A DNA stretch of 17,420 bases from Candidatus Moanibacter sp. (GTDB lineage Bacteria > Verrucomicrobiota > Verrucomicrobiia > Opitutales > UBA2987): NCBI GenBank assembly GCA_965215885.1, contig CBDCEW010000054.1:1-17420 (forward strand), given 5' to 3'. Position 1 is the first letter of the stretch, and the number at the start of each line of letters is the position of its first letter. The notes beneath the pieces are model-generated. The model saw only the letters and a program-made list of their open reading frames with translations, was not told the origin of the DNA and did no database searches. Positions 9,547 through 16,182 of this stretch are shown piece after piece. A program made the position numbers and the translations under genes.

Positions 9547-9599
9547 CTAGTCCCGGAGAGCTGGGACGCAGAGGCTTCCTACAAGTTTCGCAAGTCCTC

Positions 9600-9648
9600 G
9601 TAGGAAGGCCGCTTGTCGAAGACTCTGCCGAACGGCAGAGCGGCCGAT
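9600..9648 (+). repeat. GTAG-type REP with a hairpin inserted in its loop
   Basis: GTAGGAAGGCCGCTTG[TCGAAGACTCTGCCGAACGGCAGAG]CGGCCGAT. Compare the uninterrupted copy at 3370-3393. Confidence 0.65.
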
Positions 9649-9767
9649 TTCGATTCAGCGATATTGACCGAGGAAGAAGTAACCGAGGACAAAGGCGATA
9701 GGTATGGCGGACGCAGAGAAGTCCATGCCTGGAATCAGTAGGCACAACACAGCCACGGCCAAAAGGA

Positions 9768-9977
9768 CTATCTGCCGAGGGCCGCCCGAAATTCCTCGAA
9801 GGTCATGGAAGCGTTTGGATCGCGATCCATCTCGGCATCCCGCCGTAATGCCTCCGCAATGCCTTCGCTATCACCCGAAAGGACTGCAGGAAGCGAATCT
9901 AGTAGCCTGGAGGCAAGCCCCGCTCTTTGACTATCGGGGAGTAACAGAATTTCTCGTTCTAGTTTTTCAAGTGTCAT
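9768..9977 (-). CDS. Putative addiction module antitoxin component (orphan)
   Basis: MTLEKLEREILLLPDSQRAGLASRLLDSL...IAEALRRDAEMD...MTFEEFR matches the putative addiction module component pattern. No toxin gene follows. Confidence 0.8.
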   Translation of the reverse strand: MTLEKLEREILLLPDSQRAGLASRLLDSLPAVLSGDSEGIAEALRRDAEMDRDPNASMTFEEFRAALGR

Positions 9978-9985
9978 CTCATGTG

Positions 9986-10014
9986 AAAGTAAGATGCTGA
10001 TCGTGAGCTTTCAA
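9986..10014 (-). promoter_or_regulatory. Putative sigma70 promoter of the antitoxin (near-leaderless)
   Basis: Minus strand TTGAAA-17 nt-TACTTT, ending 8 nt before the ATG at 9977. Confidence 0.45.
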
Positions 10015-10022
10015 CTATATTT

Positions 10023-10042
10023 TCCGAACGTCGAGGTTTAGG
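10023..10042 (-). other. Half attC-like site (L' and R' boxes)
   Basis: Minus strand CCTAAAC-CTCGAC-GTTCGGA, directly upstream of the antitoxin. The REP at 10044 sits where the other half would be. Confidence 0.45.
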
Positions 10043-10043
10043 T

Positions 10044-10148
10044 GGCCGCAAAGAGGCGCAAAAGGCGCGAAGAATCGGCGTCGGGTTTTTGCGTTTCTCT
10101 TGTCTCGGCGAAGTCGAACGACGAAGACGGATGCGCTTTTTTGCGGCT
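10044..10148. repeat. REP-like inverted repeat with an insertion in the right arm
   Basis: GCCGCAAAGAGGCGCAAAAGGCGC ... TTTTTGCGTTTCTCT[~31-nt insert 10101-10131]TGCGCTTTTTTGCGGCT. Confidence 0.65.
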
Positions 10149-10233
10149 AAATCTCTTCATCTCTCCGCGTTCTCAGCGGTTACATCTTTGGCTCATCGAA
10201 TGTCAGCGGCAGATACCCAATCCGGCCCTCTGA

Positions 10234-10587
10234 TCACTCCACATCCACTCGATAGCTCACCATCCACAGTTCAATCTACTCAAGACGCGACTTCCACCGT
10301 TCCCTGAACCCGCGCATCCACTGACGGGTATTGGGTGAGTCGGGAACATCAACGAAGATCCGCGCCAGGTCGTCGCGATACTGGACACCACCCTGTCGCC
10401 ACTTCGAACGGAATGCCCTGATCTGTAAGTGCTTCGAGTGCCGCTTCTGGAACTAAATGCTCACCAGACTTCGATACGCGACCCGAAAAGCGACCAATCA
10501 GAAAGCCCAGTCCGCGTTTTTCAGTCTCACGATCAGGAAATGTAATTGTGATCGTCTCAAATCGACCTCGAGTTATCTTTCAGTCAT
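10234..10587 (-). pseudogene. Deletion-fused relic of a two-gene module of small hypothetical proteins
   Basis: Frame A reads ITITFPDRETEKRGLGFLIGRFSGRVSKSGEHLVPEAALEALTDQGIPFEV. Near 10400 it switches to frame B, WRQGGVQYRDDLARIFVDVPDSPNTRQWMRGFRERWKSRLE*IELWMVSYRVDVE*, with an internal TAG at 10276-10278. Confidence 0.6.
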
Positions 10588-10655
10588 ACCTTACAGGCGA
10601 GCAAAACGGTTTGCCTTTCGGTATTGGAACTTCCTTATCTAATTCCTCAGCTGGC

Positions 10656-11084
10656 TTATGTCCAGAGGAACCCCCTGATCTCCACCAAACGATGGAAATT
10701 TCTCTGGTCTTCCTCTTCCCATTTCTTTTCCAAACGCCGGTGTTGCTTCACCGCTTTCTCAAACTCAGAGTACTTCGTCTTGTCGTATTCGACCAGCTGG
10801 CGACAGTCCGATCCGGGCACTTTCTTCCAGCGCATCGGCGGGCGCTTCAGACCCTTTGCCAAAACGGGGTCCTTCCGGGCGGGACGTGTCTGGGTCCACC
10901 ACTTGTAGAGCGATCGAATTTCCTTCCATGCATGCTTGTGCTCCGGATCGGAGATCCAATCCACGATCTCGTCGGGTCTCTCCTTCTCGACAAAGTCGAC
11001 GAGGAGCTGGAAAGCGGCGTGGAGCATGACGTAGTCCTTGTCGCACCATCCCTTCTCCAATGTTTGTATCTTGAGGATCTTCAT
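10656..11084 (-). CDS. Hypothetical protein, promoterless cassette-like gene
   Basis: Protein-like ORF MKILKIQTLEKGWCDKDYVMLHAAFQLLVDFVEKE...LVEIRGFLWT. ATG lies 13 nt after the attC-like R' box. Confidence 0.75.
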   Translation of the reverse strand: MKILKIQTLEKGWCDKDYVMLHAAFQLLVDFVEKERPDEIVDWISDPEHKHAWKEIRSLYKWWTQTRPARKDPVLAKGLKRPPMRWKKVPGSDCRQLVEYDKTKYSEFEKAVKQHRRLEKKWEEEDQRNFHRLVEIRGFLWT

Positions 11085-11097
11085 AACATTATCCCTG

Positions 11098-11160
11098 GCA
11101 GAACGCTGTGGCTCACGCAAGAGGCCCCCAGGCCGAATTGTGTGAAGCCGATCGCTGGCA
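11098..11160 (-). other. attC-like integron cassette recombination site (63 bp)
   Basis: Minus strand TGCCAGC-GATCG-GCTTCACA...CGTGAGC-CACAGC-GTTCTGC shows canonical 5/6-nt spacers and paired L boxes with one extrahelical base. R'' has AGC instead of AAC. Confidence 0.65.
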
Positions 11161-11330
11161 TTTCATTTTTTCTGAACTAACCCAGACGACTTCGATTTCC
11201 GGATCGTTCGCAGCCTCCCCAGCATAGGCCAACGAGGGGTTGCGGGGCAAATTGCGCGCTTGAGTCAGGGCGACAGACCCCGCGAGCACATAATTGTGTA
11301 TCAACTTAAGCCGGGAGGTTTCGTATTGTT

Positions 11331-11395
11331 CGATGCCATCCTGCGGTGTTAGTGTTTCCAGGCTGGGACGTTGAGAATGAGTCGGCCGCCTGACA
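11331..11395 (+). pseudogene. 3' remnant of a second HigA-like antitoxin
   Basis: 63/65 nt identical to 15166-15230. Encodes RCHPAVLVFPGWDVENESAA*. Confidence 0.85.
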
Positions 11396-11739
11396 CGTTG
11401 TTGTACGTGTTCCCTCAGCGCGAAGCTGTCGGAGAGATCAAGGCGTGTATCGCTGATACGCCGAAAGGAGCAAGCCTTGACCAGAAGTCGCGGACAACTA
11501 ATCTATTGGGGCGTTCGCAGTGACATGGAGAAGCTGATACAGAACAAGCTGCGTCTCTTTCCATCCATCCACAAACAGATCGTTGGCGCGCAATTAAGAA
11601 TGGTGGCAGGAAATGATCACATTGATGTGGCATCAGCGAATTTTAAATAGAGTCAAAATCATGCAAATGACAGTGCAACAGTGGCTTAATAGCCCCGATA
11701 ATCCCGATGTGTTCAGGCCCTTCTTGCGCGAAGGAGACA

Positions 11740-12051
11740 TCACAATTGGTGCCGCACATTCCTGCGACCAAAGAGCAGAGGTTTCAGGAACAGGCCGACC
11801 CGGCACACTTCGACCCGAATCAAGCGGTTCCGATGGAAATGCGGGCCGGGCAGTTCGTACTGTTCAACGAACGCCTGTTGCACTGGAGTAAGCCGAATTC
11901 CTCGGATCGACGACGCTTCGGTCTGGCTGTTCGGGTTCTGCCGCCACAAGTCCGTGTGCTGGAGTACGGCTCGGACGCACACGGCTTAGTACAGCTACGC
12001 GGCGGTAACCCTTTGGGGTTTAACCGAATCCTCAATGATACGTGTGATTAG
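11740..12051 (+). pseudogene. C-terminal fragment of a phytanoyl-CoA dioxygenase (PhyH)-family Fe(II)/2OG enzyme
   Basis: AVPMEMRAGQFVLFNERLLHWSKPNSSDRRRFGLAVR contains the distal His and Arg. The N-terminal HxD motif is absent. Confidence 0.75.
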
Positions 12052-12085
12052 GATCGGGTGGGGAGAAATAGTATGAAAGGAGCAT

Positions 12086-12284
12086 GGGGACAGTCTGCGA
12101 AATGTTCGATTGAGAGGAGTGCCTTGGGGCGGCTGAAACTCGGTGCGCATGGATCGTCGGTAGGCTCAATTCGGGTCGCTCAAACTATGGTGTCACCCCG
12201 GAAGTGACCCTTGGTATACGCGGATGATTAAAGGCAATCGCCCTATTGCATTGAGGAAAATCAAACAATTCGCAGACGGACCCC
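12086..12284. mobile_element. ~199-bp non-autonomous element copy A with 26-bp terminal inverted repeats
   Basis: GGGGACAGTCTGCGAAATGTTCGATT ... AATCAAACAATTCGCAGACGGACCCC, flanked by AT on both sides. Colinear with 15273-15470. Confidence 0.75.
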
Positions 12285-12390
12285 ATCTGCAGCCGCTGCT
12301 TCAAAGCAACTCGACCGGGTGCCCAAAGATGGTAAGCGACCGGGCAACGACCTTGTAGCGCAAAGATGCCGACCGTGATATGATTATGGG

Positions 12391-12756
12391 ATGGGAGAAA
12401 AAACGAGAGGGCGGACACGGTCGAAGCGAATCGTTCGACGAAGTCGGCAGGAGCGCAGGCGACTGATAAGCGCATACCGTCGCAGCAATCAGACGCAGAG
12501 GGCGTTTGCCCAGCGGCACGGTATCAAGTATATGACCTTTATGGGATGGCTGCGCAAGGACCGGGCCGGGCACAGAAGCAGCGGGGTAAAATCGGCGGGG
12601 GCGCGGTTTGCCGAAGTTACGGTGCAGAGCAGCGCGGTCACGGAGGATCGGATCGAGATCGTCTTAGGGGACCCGATATGGGTGGAGGTGGACTGCGGTG
12701 TTGCGGTGGAACAAGTGGCGAGTCTGGTGAAGGCGTTGAGGGAATCGGGATGCTGA
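12391..12756 (+). CDS. tnpA: IS66 accessory protein TnpA
   Basis: HTH-like YRRSNQTQRAFAQRHGIKYMTFMGW, FAEV and IEIVL. First ORF in IS66, overlapping tnpB. Confidence 0.85.
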   Translation: MGEKTRGRTRSKRIVRRSRQERRRLISAYRRSNQTQRAFAQRHGIKYMTFMGWLRKDRAGHRSSGVKSAGARFAEVTVQSSAVTEDRIEIVLGDPIWVEVDCGVAVEQVASLVKALRESGC

Positions 12757-13100
12757 GCTTACCGGGAACGATGAAGGTTTTCCTGGCCGTGGGAGTAACG
12801 GATCTGCGAAAGAGCTTTAATGGTCTCTACGCCCTGGCGGCCAATCAGCTCAAGGAAGACCCGTTGAGCGGAGCGGACTTTGTCTTCTGCAATCGCAGCC
12901 GGGACCGGGTCAAGATTCTGTATTGGGACGGCACGGGGTTATGGGTTTTCGCAAAGCGATTAGAGAAGGGTCGGTTCAGCTGGCCGCAGGGAGTGGACTT
13001 GAAAGATCAGAAGCTTCCATTGCGCCCTGAAGCGTTGAGCATGCTCTTGAACGGGATCGACCTGAGGGAGGGGAAGATGCGGCCCTGGTATCAGCGTTAG
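12750..13100 (+). CDS. tnpB: IS66 accessory protein TnpB
   Basis: TDLRKSFNGL, FVFCNRSRDRVKILYWDGTGLWVFAKRLEKGRFSWP. Start at ATG 12750 (MLSLPG). Confidence 0.92.
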   Translation: MLSLPGTMKVFLAVGVTDLRKSFNGLYALAANQLKEDPLSGADFVFCNRSRDRVKILYWDGTGLWVFAKRLEKGRFSWPQGVDLKDQKLPLRPEALSMLLNGIDLREGKMRPWYQR

Positions 13101-13167
13101 GTCAAAAAAAGTGATTTTTTTGAAAAAGTATTGCTTTTCTTATTACCGTTAGTTTAGTATTGTTTTC

Positions 13168-14670
13168 ATGCCTGAAGTCGAGGTTTTGCAAACAGAGCTG
13201 GAGCAACTCCGAGAGGAGAATCGGCTTTTACGTCAGAAGATCGGCTGGCTCATTAAGCGCTACTTTGGAGGCAACCAAAGCGAGCGGATCGATCCGGGAC
13301 AGCTGGAATTGCTCCTGGCCGGGCTGGAGCAGGCCGAGGAAAACAAACCCGCTGAGCAAACGGCAGAGCCACCACCCGAGCCGAAGGCGCGCAAAGGAGC
13401 TGGGGCGAGGCGACAGCGTCTGCCCGAGCACCTGGAAGTCGAAGAGATCGTAATCGAACCCGAAGCGGTGAAGGTTGAACCGCAAAAGTGGCGGTTGATC
13501 GGTGAGGAAGTCACTGAAGAGTTAGATTTGCTCCCGGCCCGATTTATCAGGCGGCGCTATATACGGCGCAAATATGTATCTCGCGAAAAGCCCCAGGAAC
13601 CTCCCGTGCTGGCGCCATTACCATCGCGGCTGATTGAAAAAGGGATCCCTGGAGTGGGGCTTTTGGTGCACATATTACTGAGCAAATACGTCGATCACCT
13701 GCCGTTGTATCGGCAGGAGAAGATTTTCCGGGAACGCTACGGAGTAAGGGTGGCGCGCCAGAGCATGCTCGATTGGATCCACCAGGTAGCGCAATGGCTA
13801 AAACCCATCTACAACTACATGTGCTTACAATTGTTCGAGGGCGGTTACATCCAGGCGGACGAAACGCCCATCCGCTACCTGGATCCGGACGCAGGCAAGA
13901 AAGAGGGCTGCAGGAAAGGATACCTGGGGGTCTACGGGCGACCCGGCGGCGAGGTGCTCTACGACTGGCACACAGGCCGTGGGGTAAAATGTCTCGAGCA
14001 GTTCCTCAACGGATACGAAGGGTTGCTCCAAACCGACGGTTACGCAGCCTATGGCAGTTTCGCCCGGGAGCATAACGGGATTACCCTGTTTGGGTGCTGG
14101 GCACACCTGCGACGCAAATTTGTGGAGGCGATGGATGAGAATCCGAAGCTGGCCGGCTGGGTGGTGCGGCAGATCCACAATCTCTACAGAGACGAGCGCC
14201 CTCTGCGCGAACAGCGGGCCGGTCCCGCCTTGCGCGAAGCCTACCGGAAAAGCCATGGTCGGATGATCGTGGAACGCTTGGGCAAAGCCTTGCCTATACT
14301 CAAACGGCGGGCCTTGCCGCGGAGCAAAATGGGTGAAGCCGTTGAGTATGCTCTGACCCAGTGGGAATCACTCAAGCGCTACCTCGAGCATGGCAAGGTT
14401 GAAATCGACAATAACCTCATTGAGAATGCTATCCGGCCGACCGCCCTGGGAAAGAAAAACTGGATGTTCATCGGCCACCCCAAGGCCGGTTGGAGAAGCG
14501 CCGTAATTTACTCGATCATTGAGAGTTGCCGGCGGCACGCAATTGAACCATCCGCTTACCTCACTGACGTCCTCAAAAGATTGCCGGACATGAACATCAC
14601 CGAGATCGCCGAACTCGCTCCGGCGAATTGGAAGCCGACCCGAACAGGCGAACCGCTCGCAGCCTCTTGA
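13168..14670 (+). CDS. tnpC: IS66 DDE transposase TnpC
   Basis: KYVDHLPLYRQ, QADETP, LQTDGYAAY, CWAHLRRKF, IDNNLIENAIRP, LGKKNWMF. Intact 500 aa. Confidence 0.95.
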   Translation: MPEVEVLQTELEQLREENRLLRQKIGWLIKRYFGGNQSERIDPGQLELLLAGLEQAEENKPAEQTAEPPPEPKARKGAGARRQRLPEHLEVEEIVIEPEAVKVEPQKWRLIGEEVTEELDLLPARFIRRRYIRRKYVSREKPQEPPVLAPLPSRLIEKGIPGVGLLVHILLSKYVDHLPLYRQEKIFRERYGVRVARQSMLDWIHQVAQWLKPIYNYMCLQLFEGGYIQADETPIRYLDPDAGKKEGCRKGYLGVYGRPGGEVLYDWHTGRGVKCLEQFLNGYEGLLQTDGYAAYGSFAREHNGITLFGCWAHLRRKFVEAMDENPKLAGWVVRQIHNLYRDERPLREQRAGPALREAYRKSHGRMIVERLGKALPILKRRALPRSKMGEAVEYALTQWESLKRYLEHGKVEIDNNLIENAIRPTALGKKNWMFIGHPKAGWRSAVIYSIIESCRRHAIEPSAYLTDVLKRLPDMNITEIAELAPANWKPTRTGEPLAAS

Positions 14671-14967
14671 ACCCGGACACTGCCAGGATCCTCGCGCATG
14701 CCGCGATCCATAGGGCAGTTCACCGGTCGTTTACCAAAGATGTCCTCAAACGCTACGAGAAGTGGAAGGACATTGTGCGACTTTCAGGACCTCAAGGGCT
14801 CAGGCAGATTCGGGGGTTCTATGATGAGGCATTGCGGGGCGAGCACAAAGGTCATCGCTCCTCCTCACGGCTTAGTCAGCAGTATCGAGTGATCTACAGG
14901 GTTGTGCGGGACCGGGTATTCGTGGAAGTTTTAGATGTGACGCCACACGATTATCGGAAAAAGTGAC

Positions 14968-15228
14968 ATGAGTATATATCAAAAGGCAAAAAAGCGGATA
15001 GATGTCTCGATTGGAGAGTCTGTTCGAATCATTCGGGAACTCCAGGAGCTTAGTCAGAATGAGCTGTCGAAAATGCCTGGAATTCCCCAATCTACGATCT
15101 CTGCGATCGAGCGAGATCGTATTCGCCTGGGTGTGGAACGCGCTAAGGTGCTTGCACGTGCCTTGCGATGCCATCCTGCGGTGTTAGTGTTTCCTGGCTG
15201 GGACGTAGAGAATGAGTCGGCCGCCTGA
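14968..15228 (+). CDS. HigA-like Xre/HTH antitoxin
   Basis: GESVRIIRELQELSQNEL...GIPQSTISAIE HTH. Starts 1 nt after the toxin stop (toxin-first order). Confidence 0.88.
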   Translation: MSIYQKAKKRIDVSIGESVRIIRELQELSQNELSKMPGIPQSTISAIERDRIRLGVERAKVLARALRCHPAVLVFPGWDVENESAA

Positions 15229-15272
15229 CAATCGCTGAGGAAAAACAGAAGCTGATGTTACTGGGGAAGCAC

Positions 15273-15470
15273 GGGGGCAGATTGCGAATGGTTTGATAGA
15301 GTCGAAGCATTGGGGCGTTCGGGACTCAATACGCATGAATCGTCGGTAGGCTCAATATAGGTCGACCAAGCTCCATCAGTCACAACGGTAGTGTTCCGCG
15401 GTGTGAACGGACGAACAGAAGTAAGTCCTACACTGCATTGAGGAAAATCCAACACTTCGCAGTCTGACCC
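15273..15470. mobile_element. ~198-bp non-autonomous element copy B
   Basis: GGGGGCAGATTGCGAATGGTTTGAT ... ATCCAACACTTCGCAGTCTGACCC. Shares conserved blocks with copy A. Confidence 0.7.
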
Positions 15471-15502
15471 TCTGCGACCCTCTGACCCTCTGCGACCCTC
15501 TG
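15463..15502 (+). repeat. Tandem stutter of the element B terminus
   Basis: TCTGACCC TCTGCGACCC TCTGACCC TCTGCGACCC TCTG (18-nt period). Confidence 0.85.
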
Positions 15503-15512
15503 GGTATGAACC

Positions 15513-15712
15513 GGGGAACGAACCAGGACATGGGTAACACTTTCTCGAAAACGGGCGGATGCCCTGGAAAAAAGTGCCACCAATGGAAGAGAGAGCAAAG
15601 TTCGCGGTGTTAGCGGAAAGCGGCCGCGTGACGATGAGTGAGTTGTGCGGCGATCTCGGGATCAGCCGCAGGACCGGCTACAAGTGGCTGGGTCGGTACC
15701 GGGAAGGGGGGT
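15513..15712 (+). pseudogene. IS481-family left end and truncated transposase (CDS from 15559)
   Basis: MPWKKVPPMEERAKF...MSELCGDLGISRRTGYKWLGRYREGG, preceded by ACGAACCAGGACATGGGTAACACTT. No DDE domain follows. Confidence 0.8.
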
Positions 15713-16182
15713 GGGTGGCATGCGGGACGCGCTGCGGGAACCTGTTTTACCACATCGCTGGACGGGCCCAGAGCCTGGCGGCAGCGGCCAAAAAGCCAGG
15801 ACAGAAGTGGCTGCAGGTGATGCGCCCTCCCCTGCCGATGTATCAGCCCAAAACGGCCTGAAGCCCGCGTAGCAGCACGCCGTCAGAGCGCACAAAACCC
15901 GCAAATCTCGCTGCCCCGCAGAGGGCCCATTCGCTTTCGAGCCCCTCGGCCATGAGCACAATGCCGAATGGCTCATGGCCGGGGATGCGGACTAAGGGAC
16001 TAAGGATCCCGCCGGTTGCTGTTTGCGCAAGGAGATTTCGCGCGACCTTCATGTTGTTTCTCGGCGTTCCTAAAGTAAGCACGACATCGACAGATGTTCG
16101 CTGACATAGAATAGGGATGTCCTACTTATGCCATTGCCATGAGTGTGCTAATTCTGCTCTGTCGAACATTGTCCGCAGCATG

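Larger units (their letters stand above)
12332..14734 (+). mobile_element. Complete IS66-family insertion sequence (2403 bp)
   Basis: IRL GTAAGCGACCGGGCAAC, IRR GTTCACCGGTCGTTTAC, 8-bp TSD CAAAGATG (12324-12331 and 14735-14742), and tnpA-tnpB-tnpC order. Confidence 0.95.
12285..14966 (+). pseudogene. RelE/StbE (HigB-like) mRNA interferase toxin interrupted by IS66 (pieces 12285-12331 and 14735-14966)
   Basis: Removing the IS and one TSD gives the in-frame SKQLDRVPKDVLKRYEKWKDIV...DEALRGEHKGHRSSSRLSQQYRVIY...HDYRKK*. The start codon is missing at element A. Confidence 0.85.

Noticed and set aside
9290..9745. 151-aa minus-strand ORF
   Set aside because: It spans the MITE and REP sequences and does not look protein-like.
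10548..11180. 210-aa plus-strand ORF
   Set aside because: Antisense shadow of the 10656-11084 gene, with no recognisable motifs.
12546..12749. Longer 184-aa TnpB
   Set aside because: The extension overlaps tnpA. Family similarity begins at ATG 12750.
15258..15455. Element A/B encoding a conserved peptide
   Set aside because: Reading frames are not preserved between the copies (stop and frame shifts in copy A).
15463..15502. Mini CRISPR array
   Set aside because: Contiguous tandem units with no spacers.
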